From Torpedo marmorata (lineage: Eukaryota): 64,000 nucleotides of DNA. The notes under the pieces were generated by a model. That model saw nothing but the letters and a program-made list of their open reading frames with translations. It did no database searches and was not told the origin of the DNA. This document shows, piece by piece, positions 37,236 to 50,527 of this stretch. The stretch covers positions 221,154,001 through 221,218,000 of the forward strand of contig OZ360223.1 in assembly GCA_977017645.1 (NCBI GenBank), in the 5' to 3' direction. Every line of letters starts with the position of its first letter. The first letter of the stretch is position 1. Made by a program: the position numbers and the translations under genes.

Positions 37236-37293
37236 ATCTACTGAGCATGTTCTGTTTCAGCATTATTTTACTAATTTATTGCTACCATTGCAG

Positions 37294-37381
37294 AAATACG
37301 TCCAGTCTATGAACAAAATGTGCAGCAACCTACTCGACAAACTCAACAACACCCGGGAGGAGCGCGAGACTGAGGGTGGAG
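37294..37381 (+). CDS. MED8: MED8 coding exon 5
   Basis: [29 protein letters not shown]; AG/GT. Confidence 0.95.
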
Positions 37382-38155
37382 GTATGCAACAGACAATAGA
37401 CTGTTTTTGTTTCAATCCATTTTTATAAGTTTGAAAAATGCTTTGAAATCGCCAAGAAACATAGCAGAAGAATTAAATTATTCTGCTAGTAATGTTGAAC
37501 CTTAATACAAACCTCATGCCTGAATTGTAATATTTTATATTGTCCATCTACATGCTAATGGAATCTTGTAAAAAGTAACATCTGTGCCCTGTTGCATCTC
37601 CCACCATCCTTAGTATTAGTTTCAGAAATAAAAGTCCCTGAAGTACGTCATGATAATCTGGTAAATTCAGCCTGTTAATGTGAACTGTGGCCCTTTGGGC
37701 TAAATATCAGCAATTGGTTATTGTTTTTCTCCAATACGCTCTGCCCTCATCAAATTATGAGTAAGGAGACAGAAAATGGAATCCATTTCCTAATGACTAT
37801 AACTGTACTTAGTATTTTATTTTCATAAAAGCACTATTTTCTTCTGTATCTTCAGGTTTTATAGATAGTGCTTAGTTGAATACAACTGTTTGCAGAATTA
37901 AAACTTGCACGGTATGGGATTCATTGACAGAAAGACTGAATCTGCTTTACAAAAATCCAAGTGTCATGGATGGAACATCCTCACCAGAGGCCCTTTTGCC
38001 CTCCAGACCTTGCTGCTAGATTCTGGGTTATGGGAATCAATTCCAGGAAGATGAGGACTTGACCAGCAAGATCTGACCAATTATAACATTGTTGAGGTAT
38101 TTAATAGTAACAAGAACTTGCAGTATTTGCACTTGCAATGTTTCTTTTCTTTCAG

Positions 38156-38401
38156 CCTTGCGGCAGAACAAACAGACCTTTAATCCAGCTGATACAAATG
38201 CTCTAGTGGCAGCAATTGGATTTGGAAAAGGATTATCCAAACCTATCAGACAACAGACCCAAGTTGGGCCGGCCTCTTCAGGTCAATCTGTACCAGGTGG
38301 TGGCCTACAGGGAGGTCCAAGCCTTGCACAGGTGACAATTCAAAGTGGGCCAAGCCAACAAGGAATACCTGGACAGGTTCCATCACAGCAAGGTCAGCCA
38401 G
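38156..38401 (+). CDS. MED8: MED8 coding exon 6
   Basis: (A)LRQNKQTFNPADTNALVAAIGFGKGLS...QQGQP; AG/GT. Confidence 0.95.
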
Positions 38402-39107
38402 GTAAGCAGTGAAAATACTGGACCAGTATTCCCTTTCGATTGTGTTGCCAGAAAGTTATATATTTACCATTGAAGTGGTCATTTCGGCCTTATGAACCTT
38501 CATAATACAAATCAAAACTATGCTCATCATCTTTAAAGCCTCAGTTGGATCAACTCAAAATTTATGAACTATCTTTTAGGACCTCCAAAAGCATTTTGCA
38601 ACTAAAAGAGCAGCATTAGACAGTAATTTCTGTTTTAAGATTAACACTTTTTTTACTCTGCGCATTCCTATAATAATGTGATACATAACCTAATATATTT
38701 CAGCAACATTAATACCTATTTGAGTGATGTTGGCTATGTACAGGTTAGAGATTAAAATAGGAAGACTATGAGGGAAACATTCTTTCATAAATGGGAATAC
38801 ACTTGTAGAGTAAGATACCAAGGAAAGCAGTAAAATTTTGTCAGGGCAACACAGCATGGAAATAGGCCCTTTGACCTAATGTCCATGCCAACAAGTTGCT
38901 CATCTGAGCAAGTTCCATTTGCCTGCATCTGGTCCATATTGCTCTCAACCATTTCTATCCAAGCATCTATCATTTATTAGTTAAAGTGCTCTATTTCTAT
39001 TCAATTAAATTTCCTTTATTTTTGCAGAATTCCATCTGCAACTGAATAATTTTATAGATTACAAGTTTAAGTGTTTATTCCAGTTTTATATTTTCTCTTT
39101 TTTCCAG

Positions 39108-39172
39108 GTAAAATGCCAAGTACCATAAAAACTAACATCAAGTCTGCGTCAATGCATCCATATCAGAGATGA
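39108..39172 (+). CDS. MED8: MED8 last coding exon
   Basis: (G)[20 protein letters not shown]; spliced CDS is 813 nt, 270 aa. Confidence 0.97.
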
Positions 39173-39739
39173 GCTCTGAGGCAGGAACCTTTGTCACAAT
39201 TGACATATTTAGTGCAAGGAACAACTTGAGATGGGTCAACTTTGTTAGTTTGAAGGCTCTTTAAAATGTAAGCATTAGTATATTTTTAAAACTTGATTCA
39301 TTAATTCAAGTTCACTCCACCTGAAATGGCACATTGCTATTTAAAGACAACACATATGTAAGGCACTGCTGAACCTTGAAAGGATTCTTACAAGAAACCT
39401 TCAGTGTGTAGCTTTTCTTATTATTCACAGCATCCCTTTGATCACTAAATCTGTGGATTCCAAGGAATAGATTTCTTGAAATTATCTTTAATGTCATTTC
39501 AGTTTTTTGGAGTGGTTAGCAATTACAAATGTTTGGCCAGTTTATTTGTGTATGTCTTGTGTATAATTGATTTTTCATCATGTGAAACTATTTTTGCATT
39601 TTAAAGCTGTTAAAGATACACCTAAACATTACCATTTAATACCCATTGAGATGGTTTCCCTATTTTTAAAATCTATTATTTATAATGGTCTTTTTTTAAA
39701 CAATATGATCTAGTAATGTTGTATATAACCATTGGTTTT

Positions 39740-39745
39740 AATAAA
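39740..39745 (+). terminator. Candidate MED8 polyadenylation signal
   Basis: AATAAA about 570 nt after the stop, in an AT-rich UTR, followed by a T/GT-rich tract. Confidence 0.55.
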
Positions 39746-42470
39746 TAACTTATTTTCACACTTTCTTCTGTGCTTTGATGCCCATTCACACAAATAGCTT
39801 AAAACATACCTATTCCAAAAAGTATTCATTTTGTAAAAACAATCACCCTTTCCCCCACCTTGGCTCTCCAGACTAACTTGTTTTTCTTTGTTTGACAATG
39901 AATTCAAAGCCTAAAGCAATACACGTATCTCTTTCCACAGGTTCTGCTGAACTTGCTGAGTTTCGTCAACATTGTTTTTATTTCATATTTCCAACATCTG
40001 TAGTTTTAACTTTTATATAATAATCTTCTGACTTCAATTTGACCTGAAAAGTAATGCATGCTATGAATGTTTTAAAATTATTTGAAACCAGCACTTCCAC
40101 AAGGATACAAGACGAAGTCCTGCCATTTGTTAGCTTCATGGCAGTAAGCCTACTATATTATCACATGGCTATGAAAACTTCCTGGATACAAATTTGGGAT
40201 TGTGCTTTGTACATTATAATAGTGCTAAATTTCAATATGCTTCATTGATTGTAAAACACATTGGGACTTTCTGAAAGGGAAGTGAATTTCTATAAATGTT
40301 TTATTTTGGTAGAATATTAACTCTATTTAAGGCAGCAGCCCAGGCAATCTCATGAAAAGAGTTTTAAGCAATTTTTATGCAATCACATTTTGTCCATATT
40401 CACTAATCCTATTTGCCTGCCTAATTAAGTGACCAGACAATTTTAACTATGTATGATTCCATGTTTCAGCATCCATCATGTTGGGGACTGCTTTAATCAT
40501 ATTTAAAAGAGTCATCTAATCATTTGGACATATGACTGTCTGCAATTAAAACTTATATGTTCACTTCTCAGTGGGGAGTTCCAAGATTAGGACAGCAATG
40601 ATGAAAGAATGGTGAGTTATTTCCAAATCACAATGGTCTGCAATTTTTTTGTGGGAGCTACAAGTTAGGCTGGAAACCATTTGTAAGTGACAAGTCTTCC
40701 CACTTGTACACTGTCCTTCTCAGTGGGAAATGTGAAGGGTTCGGGAGGTCTCTAAGAAGTATTAACAGATGAAGTGGCAGACAACACATCCATAATACAA
40801 TATTGCAAGTTAAGCAAACTGATTTGAATAATGCCCAGCTTCTTGAATGTTGCTGGAGCTGTGAAAGTGGAGATTACATCACCCAACCTACGTGTTTCGT
40901 TGATGGTGGAAAGAATTGAGTCATGCTGCGACTCACTCTCCTGTGTTTTGCTAACAAAAAAATGGCCTCTCTCTTTGCTGGGACAATAATCCAAGTTCTG
41001 TGTACTCAATTATGCCATCTTAAAAGATTCTAGTCTTATTTTTAAAAGGAGAATGGGTGACCTGAGCATTCCGCAAAATGTTTATCAATTAAACTGGATT
41101 TATTTTTTTAATTGAGATAATGTGGCAGGAAAGTAGCCAGCAGAAGAGTAGTGCAGTTTCCAAAGACAAAAAGGTGGCAAATGTCTGACACCATTGTTGT
41201 AGAGAAGCAGCAGTTATTGAGGTATTTTATTAACAGAGACATTGAATACAAGAGCAGGGAGTAATTGAATTTAGAGAAAAGATTGGCTAGATTTTGCTGG
41301 AGAAAGGGTGTCTGAGGTGTACATGATGGAAAGGCCAAGCTAACATCTCTTCATCCCGTTTCTTTAATAGATATATCAACGCTCGTGAAGGGTAGAACCA
41401 TAAAACATTGCAGCTCATCTAGTCTGTGCCTAACTGTTATTCTACCTAGACCCACTGACCTGCACTCAGTCCATCGCCCTCCATACCCCTCCCATCCATG
41501 TACCTGACCAAATTTTTCGTAAATGTGAAAATTGAGTCAGCATTCACCACTTCAGCTGGCAGCTTGTTCCTCAATCCCACCACTCTGTGTGAAGAAGTTC
41601 CCCCTTAACCCATGTCCTCTGGTGTGTATCTCACCTAACCTCAGTGGAAAAAGCTGACTTGCATTTACTCTATCTATACCCCTATCAAATCTCCTCTCAT
41701 TTTTCTACACTCCAGGGAATGAAGTCCTTATCTGTTTAACCTTTCCCTGTAACTCAGTTCCTGAAGTCCTGGCAACATCCTAGTAAATCTTCTCTGCACT
41801 GTTTCTATCTTATTGATATCTTTCCTATAGTTAGGTGACCAAAAGTGCACACAATTCTCCAAATTTGGCCTCACCAATGTCTTACACAACTTTACCATAA
41901 CATCCTATACTCAATAGTTCGATTTATGAAGGCCAATATGCCAAAAGCCCCCTTTACAACCCCACCTGACACACCACTTTCAGGGAATTCTGTATTCCCA
42001 GATCCCTCTTTTCTATGGCCCTCCTTGGTACCTTACCATTTACCATGCATGTCCTACTTTGGTTTATCCTTCCAAAATGCAACACCTCACTTGTCTGCAT
42101 TCAATTCCATCTGCCATTTTTTAGCCTATTTTTCCAACTGGTCCAGATCCCTCTGCAAACTTTGAAAGCCCTCCTTGGTGTCCACAACGCCTCCAATCTT
42201 TGTCATCTGCAAATTTGCTAATCCAATTTACCACATTATCATCCAGATCATTGATATAGATGACAAACAACAATGGTCCCATCCCTGAGGCACACCACTA
42301 GTCACAGACCTCCAGTCTGAGAAGCAATCATCCACTACCACACTATGGCGTCTCCTGCATAGCCAATGTCGAATCCACTTTACTACCTCACCATGAATAC
42401 CAAGCGTCTGAACCTTCATGACTATCCTCCCATGTGGAAAATTATCAAAGGCCTTACTAAAGTCCATGTA

Positions 42471-42707
42471 AAGGTAAAGGTTCCATTATTGTCACATAAT
42501 ACTACATTTAGAATGTAACATACATGAAATTCTTTAATTTTTGTCTACCGTAAGGCAGACAGAGGGTCGCTATTTTGTCCAGCGCACCTCACAGAAACCT
42601 ACAGCACCTGGTGTTCCTTGGCGGTCTCCCCTCCAAGTACTGACCAGTCCTGTGCCTGCTTAGCTTCTGAGATCAGACAATCCCAGTTGTATTCAGGCTA
42701 TTGGTGC
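42471..42707 (-). mobile_element. 5S rRNA-derived SINE, copy 2
   Basis: Near-identical reverse complement of 29844-30083; interrupts the CR1 motif VV-YMDFSKAFD. Confidence 0.88.
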
Positions 42708-43050
42708 AACATCCACAGCCTTTCCTTCATCAACTTTCCTGGTAACCTTTTAAAACATCAATAAGATTGGTTAAACACGACCTACCATGCACAAAGCCAT
42801 GTTGACTATTCGTAATCAGTCCCTGGCTATCCAAATATTTGTATATCCCATCTCTAAGAACACCTTTCAATAATTTACCTGCTACTGACATCAGGCTCAC
42901 TGGCCTATAATTTCCTGGGTTAGTTTTTGAGCCTTTTTTAAACAATGGAACAACATGAGCTACCCTCCAATCCTCCACCTGTGGCTAAGGACATGTTAAA
43001 TATTTCTGCCAGGGCCCCTGTAATTTTTACACTAGCCTCCCTCAAGGTTC

Positions 43051-46000
43051 ACAAGATAAAGGAACAGAAGAGGGCCATTCGGCCTATCGAGTCTGTTCCG
43101 CAACTACACCGAGCTAAACTGTTCTCACATCTAATTCCAATTTCCGGCCTTTTCCCTTTATACCCTGACCAATCAGAGACCTATCAATCTCCTCCTTAAA
43201 ATCCCCCAAAGATCGGGCCTCCACAGCTGTGTGTGGCAACGAATTCTACAACCCTCTGGCTAAAGAAATGTCCTCATCTCTGTTCTAAATGGGTACCCTC
43301 TAATGCTTAGACTGTGCCCTCTTGTCCTGGATTCACCCACCAAGGGAAACATCTTATTTCCATCTACTCTGTCCAATCCTTTCAGTATTTGAAATATTTC
43401 TATGAGATCCCCTCTCATTCTTCTATACTCCAAAGAATACAGTCCAAGAGCCGCTAAACGTTCCTCATATGTTAGCCCTTGCATTCCAGGAATCATCCTG
43501 GTAAATAAATCTTCTCTGTACTCTCTCCAACATTATTACATCCCTTCTAAAATAAGGGGCCCAAAACTGCACACAGTACTCCAAATGAGGTTTCACCAGT
43601 GCCCCATAGAGCCTCATCAACACCTCTTTACTCTTATACATTATTCCTCTTGAAATGAATGCTAACATAGCATTCGCTTTCTTTACTGCCGATCCAACCT
43701 GGCGGTTAACCTTTAGGTTATCCTGCACGAGGACCCCCAAGTCCCTTTGCACTTCCGAATTTTGAATTTTCTCCCCATCCAAATAATAATCTGCCTGTTT
43801 ATTTCCTCTTCCAAAATGTACAACCATGCATTTCTCAACATTATATCTCATCTGCCATTTCTTTGCCCACTCTCCTAAGCTGTCCAGGTCTCTCTGCAAC
43901 CTTTCAATTTCTTCAACACTTTCTACTCCACCACCTATCTTGGTGTCATCCACAAACTTAGCCACAAAACCATTCAATCCATAATCTAAATCATGTATAT
44001 ACATTGTAAAAAGAAGCGGCCCTAACACCAAGCCTTGCAGAACACCACTAGTAACCGGCAACCAAACAGAACAGGATCCCTTTATTCCCACCCTTTGCTT
44101 CCTGCCTAACAGCCAATGCTCCATCCAACCTAATACCTTTCCTGTAAATCCATGCGCTCTCATCTTATTAAGCAGCCTCTTATGCAGCGCCTTATCAAAG
44201 GCCTTTTGAAAATCCAAATACACAACATCCACAGCCTCTCCCTTGTCCATCCTACATGAGATCTCCTCAAAAAATTCCAATAGGTTGGTCAGGCAGGATC
44301 TTCCCTTCATGAAACCATGCTGGCTTGGACCTATCATGTCATTCACCTCGAGGTATTTCATAACTTCGTCCTTGACGATCGACTCCAAAATCTTACCAAT
44401 AACTGATGTCAGACTAATAGTCCTTTTTTCTGCCTCCCTCCTTTCTTAATCAGCGGAACTACATTTGCAACCTTCCAATCCTCCACAATCTCCAAAGCCA
44501 TCTCCTTCAGAACCCGTGGGTGCACTTCATCCAGTCCGGGAGACTTATCTATCTTTAGTCCAATCAGCTTTCCAAGCACTATCTCCCTAACTGTACTTAA
44601 TTCTATTCCCTGCGTCCTCTGAATATCAGGTATATTCCTATTATCTTTCTCAGTGAAGACTGACGTAAAATACTCATTTAGTTCCTCTGCCATCTCTTTG
44701 TTACCCATTATAATTCCTCCGGCATCATTTTCAATCGGTCCGATATCTACCCTTGTCTCTCTTTTACTCTTTATATATTTTTAAAAAATTCTTAGTATCC
44801 TTTTGTATATTATTTGCCAACCTCCTTTCATAATTCATCTTTTCTTTCCTAATGACTTTCTTTGTCTCTTTCTGTAAGTTTTTAAAAGTTTCCCAATCCT
44901 GTTGTTTCCACTAGTTTTTGCTTCTTTGTATGCCCTCCCTTTTGCTTTTATTTTAGTCTTAACCTCTCTTGTAATCCACATTTGTGCCATTTTTCCATTC
45001 ATAATTTTCTTTTTTCTTGGAATATACTTATCCTGCACTTTCTTTATTTCTTGTAAAAATATCATCCAATTTTGCTCTGCCGTCCCTTCATCTCGCTTAC
45101 TTTTCCAGTCAACCTGGGCCAGTTCTTCTCTCATACCACTGTAATTTCCTTTGTTCCACTGAAATATTGACACACCTGATCTCAGCTTCTCCTTTTCAAA
45201 TTTGAAACTGAACTCAATCATATTGTGATCACTACTTCCTAAGGGCTCCAATACCCTTAATTCCCTAATCACCTCAGATTCATTACACATCACCCAATCC
45301 AAAACCGCTGATCCCTTGGTGGGATTATCGACAAGCTGTTCCAAAAAGCCATCCCTTAGGCATTCCACAAACTCTCCTGCAATCCAGTACCTTCCTGACT
45401 TTCCCCAATCTCCTTTCATGTTAAAATCCCCCATAATTATTTTGACATTTTCCTTCTGACACGCTTTTTCTATTAACATCTGTAACTCATAGTCCACTTC
45501 CTGCCTGCTGTTTGGGGCCTGTATATAACTGCTAATAGAGTCCTTTTACCCATACCATTTCTTAACTCAACCCATAAGGATTCTACCACATCTGACCCAA
45601 TGTCCCTCCTTTCTAGTGATTTAATATTATTGCTTACCATCAGGGCCACGCCACCCCCTCTATTTACCTGCTTATCTTTCCTATACACTGTGTTCCCTTG
45701 GCCATTCAGCTCCCAATCACATCCATCATTAAGCCATGTCTCAGTGATGGCCACAATGTCATAACTTTTAATCTGTAGCTGCACAAGAAGGTCATCTACT
45801 TTATTTCTAATGCTCTGTGCATTTAAGTACAGCACACTTAGACCAGTATCTGTCAACGATTTTGCTGTATTTCTATTGCCCTGCAAATTACCCTCTCTTT
45901 TCACCTGCCTGTCCTTGTCATTTTTGCTGCACAGTATTTTTGACTTTTTTATATATTCCTCTGTCTTGACCTTAACACCCTGGTTCCCTTCTACCCTAAT

Positions 46001-46881
46001 CTGTACTCATATTTTGATTCCCACCCCCGTCAGACTAGTTTAAACCCTCCCCAACATCTCTAGCAAACCTGCCTGCCAGGATATTGGTCCCTCTCCAGTT
46101 CAAGTGCAGCCCGTCCCTTTTGTAGAGGTCAGACCTTCCCCAGAAGAGATCCCAATTATCCACAAATCTGAACCCCTGCCCCCTGCACCAACTCTTCAAC
46201 CACGCACTCATTTTACTATGTTACTACCCTCTCTGGCGCGTGTCACAGGCAGCAATCCTGAGAATACCGCCCTTGAGGTCCTGCTTTTTAACCTCTTTCC
46301 TAACTCCCTGTATTCTCTCTTCGGGACCTCTTCCCTACTCCTATCTATGTCATTGGTCCCCACGTGGACCACAACATCTGGCTGCTCACCCTCCCCCTCC
46401 AGAATGCTATAAACGCAATCAGAGACATCCCTGACCCTGGCACCTGGGAGGCAGCATACCATCCGGGAGCCTCGATCTCATCCACAGAACTCCCTATCCA
46501 CTTTTCTAAGTAATGAGTCCACTATCACTATTGTTCTCCTCTTCTCCCCCTTTCCTTTCTGAGCCGGAGACGTGACCACCTCGACTTGTCCCTGGTAGGT
46601 CATCCCCACCTACAGTATCAAAAACGGTATAACTGTTGTTGATGGGAACAGCCACAGGGGGGCTCTACACTCTCTGTATCTTCCCCTTCCCTCTCCTTAC
46701 AATCACCCAGCTACCTGCCTCCCTCATACTCCTGTCTACCACTGCCTCTGCCTCCCTCAAGATCCGCAGTTCATCCAACTCCAGTTCCCTAACTCGGGTT
46801 GTAAGCAGCTGTAGCTGGATGCACCTTTTGCAGGTGTAGTCATTAGGGACAAGTAAGCTGTCCCAGATTTCCCACATTCCA
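43051..46881 (-). mobile_element. Near full-length CR1-like LINE (ORF1 esterase, APE endonuclease, RT), frameshifted
   Basis: ORF1 CKRC...VCCLPGAR..VHVGTND; EN LNAQS..ITETW..MGDFN..SDH; RT DFQKAFD..FVDD. 8-bp TSD CAAGGTTC at 43043 and 46882. Confidence 0.92.
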
Positions 46882-47712
46882 CAAGGTTCTAGGGAATATC
46901 TTGCCAGGCCCTGGGAATTAATCCACCCTTATTTGCTTTAAGACAGCAAGCACCTCCTCCTCTTTAATATGTATAGGTTCGATGACCTCACTGCTTGTTT
47001 TCCTTACTTCCCTCAACTCTGTGCCAGTTTCCTGAGTAAATACTGATGCAAAAAACATTTAAGATCTCTCCCATCTCTTCTGGCTCCATATGTAGCCAAA
47101 CACTCTGATCTTCAAGGGGACCAATTTTGTCCCTTACGATCCTTTTGCTCCTAATATACAGGTACTTGTAGAAATCCTTAGGATTTTCCTTCACATTGTC
47201 TGCCAAAGCAACCTCATGTCTTTTTTAGCCTTCCTGATTTCCTTAAGTTTTTTTTTATACTCCACAAGTACCTCATTTGTTCCTTGCTGCCTATACCTGC
47301 TATACACCTCTCTCTTCTTAACCAGATCCCCAATATCCCTCAAAAACCAAGGTTCCTCGTGCCTGTTAACTTTGCCTTTAATCCTGACAGGAACATACAA
47401 ACTCTGTACTCTTAAAATTTCACCTTTGAGTGCCAATCCATGCTTTCTAGATCCTTTCTCATTTCCTCAAAATTGGCCTTTCTCCAATTTAGAATCTCAA
47501 CCCAAGGCCTAGACCTATCCTTCTCCATAATTAACTTGAAACTAATGGCATTATGATCACTGGACTCAAAATGTTGCCCTACACATACTTCGGTCACCTG
47601 TCCTGCCTCATTCCCTAATAGGAGATCCAATATTGCACTCTCTCTAGTTGGTACCTCTATATATTGATTTAGAAAACTTTCCTGAACACATTTGACAAAC
47701 TCCAAGCCATCC

Positions 47713-50527
47713 ATATAACCATATAACAATTACAGCACGGAAACAGGCAATGAGGCCCTTCCAGTCCGCACCGAACCAAACATTCCTATCTAGTCCCACC
47801 TACCTGCACCCTGCCCATAACCCTCCACTTCCTTCTCATCCATATACTTGTCCAACTTTTTCTTAAATAATAAAATTGACTCTGCCGCCACTACTTCTCC
47901 CGGAAGCTCATTCCACACCGCTACCACTCTCTGAGTAAAGAAGTTCCCCCTCATGTTACCTCTAAACCTCTGCCCCTTAACTCTTAGCTCATGTCCTCTT
48001 GTTTCAATCTCTCCTATTCTTAATGGAAATAGTCTATCCACATCCACTCTGTCTATCCCTTTCATAATTTTAAATACCTCTATCAAATCCCCTCTCAACC
48101 TTCTACGCTCCAAGGAATAAAGACCTAATATGCTCAATCTCTCCTTGTACTCTAGATTCTTAAACCCAGGTAACATTCTGGTAAACCTCTGCACTCTCTC
48201 CACCTTGTTGATATCCTTCCTATAATTTGGCGACCAGAACTGCACACAGAACTCTAAATTAGGCCGCACCAAAGCCTTATATAATCTCAACATCACTTCC
48301 CAACTCCTATATTCTATGCAATGATTGATAAAGGCCAGCATACTAAAAGCCTTCTTCACCACCCTATTCACGTGAGTTTCCACCTTCAGGGAACGATGCA
48401 CCGTTATTCCTAAATCTTTCTGCTCTTCTGTATTCATCAATGCTCTCCCATTTACTACATATGTCCTGTTCTGATTCTTCTTACCAAAATGAAGCACCTC
48501 ACACTTATCAGCATTAAACTCCATCTGCCATTTTTCAGCCCACTTTTCTAAGCAGCCCAAATCCCTCTGCAATCCTTGAAAACCTTCTTCATTATCCACT
48601 ATTCCACCTATCTTAGTATCATCTGCATATTTACTAATCCAGTTTACCACCCCATCATCTAGATCATTGATATATATAACGAACAACAATGGGCCCAATA
48701 CAGATCCCTGAGGCACACCGCTGGTCACCGGCCTCCAAGCTGACAGACAATTATCCACTACCACTCTCTGGCCTCTCCCTTCCAGCCAATGTTCAATCCA
48801 TTTGACTATCTCAGAATTTATACCTAAAGACTGCACCTTCCTAACTAACCTTCCATGCGGAACCTTATCGAAGGCCTTACTGAAGTCCATATAGACAACA
48901 TCCACCGCGCTACCCTCATCCACATTCCTAGTCACCTCTTCAAAAAATTCAATCAGATTGGTCAAACAGGACCTTCCGCTCACAAATCCGTGTTGAGAGT
49001 TCCTGATCAGACCCTGTCTATCCAGATATTTATAAGTACTATCTCTGAGAACTTTCTCCATTAATTTACCTACCACAGACGTCAAACTTACAGGCCGATA
49101 ATTGCCAGGCTTCCTCCTTGAACCCTTTTTAAATAACGGAACCACATGCGCAATACGCCAATCCTCCGGCACTATCCCCATCTCTGACATTTGGAAAATC
49201 ACCGTCAGCCTCTGCTATTTCTTCGCTTACTTCTCTCAAGGTCCTGGGGAAGATCCCGTCGGGTCCCGGAGACTTATCCACCTTTATATGCCTCAAAAGC
49301 CCTAACACTACATCTTTCGTAATCCCTATATTCTCCATATTTACCCAATTTGCTTTTTTTATCTGGCATATCTCAATATCCTTCTCCTTGGTGAATACCG
49401 AAGAAAAGAAACTGTTCAATATCTCCCCCATTTCTCTAGGCTCCACACACAGTTTTCCGCTCTGATTCTCTAAGGGACCAATTTTGTCCCTCGCTTTCCT
49501 TTTACCATTAACGTATTTGTAAAAACCTTTTGGATTAATTTTCACCCTGCTTGCTATAGTCTCTTCATACCTTCTTTTAGCTTTCCGAATTCCTCTCTTA
49601 AGATTCTTTTTACATTCAATGTATTTTTCAAACATCTCCTTTCCATGCTTCTTATACTTAATGTACGCCTCCCTTTTTTTCGAACCAAGTTTCCAATATT
49701 CCTCGAAAACCACGACTCTCTCAAACCTTTTGCCCCTCCTTTTAACCTAACAGGAACATAAAGCTTTTGCACTCTCAAAATCTGATCTTTAAAAGACTTC
49801 CATCTCTCTACTACATCCTGCCCATAAAACAAATTGTCCCACTGCACACCCTGTAAGTCCCTTCGCATCTCCTCAAATCTAGCTTTTCCCCAATCAAAAA
49901 CCTCAACCCTTGGCCCTGACTTATCTCTTTCCATAATGACATTGAAGCTGATGGCATTATGATCACTGGACCCGAAGTGCTCGTCAACACAAACCTCCGT
50001 CACTTGACCTATCTCATTTGCCAACAGTAGATCCAACACTGCTCCTTCTCTGGTCAGTACCTCTACATATTGTTGTAAAAAACTATCCTGCACACATTTC
50101 ACAAACTCCAACCCATCCAGCCCTTTCACAGAATGTGTTTCCCAATCTATATGTGGAAAATTAAAATCTCCCATAATCACAACCCTGTGCTTATCACAAA
50201 TATCCACTATCTCCCTACAGATTTGCTCCTCTAGGTCTCGGTCCCCTCCAGGTGGTCTATAATACACCCCTACAAGTGTAACTTCTCCTTTCCCACTTCT
50301 CAGTTCCACCCAAATAGCCTCCGTGGACGAGCCCTCTAATCTATCCTGCCTAAGCACCGTTGTAATATTCTCCCTGACAAGCAATGCAACACCACCTCCT
50401 CTTGCTCCTCCGACTCTATCACACCTAAAGCAACGAAACCCAGGGATATTCAGCTGCCAATCACATCTCTCCTGCAACCATGTCTCACTGATGGCTACCA
50501 CCTCATACTTCCAAGTATCAATCCATA
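47713..50527 (-). mobile_element. Young 5'-truncated CR1-like LINE (EN+RT)
   Basis: ORF2 in three frames (315, 194 and 470 aa) with GVPQGSVLGP and YADD; possible TSD ATCCATA. Confidence 0.92.

Noticed and set aside
43051-50527. Autonomous, active CR1 copy
   Set aside because: Both long copies have frameshifts or 5' truncation, and ORF2 is split across frames.
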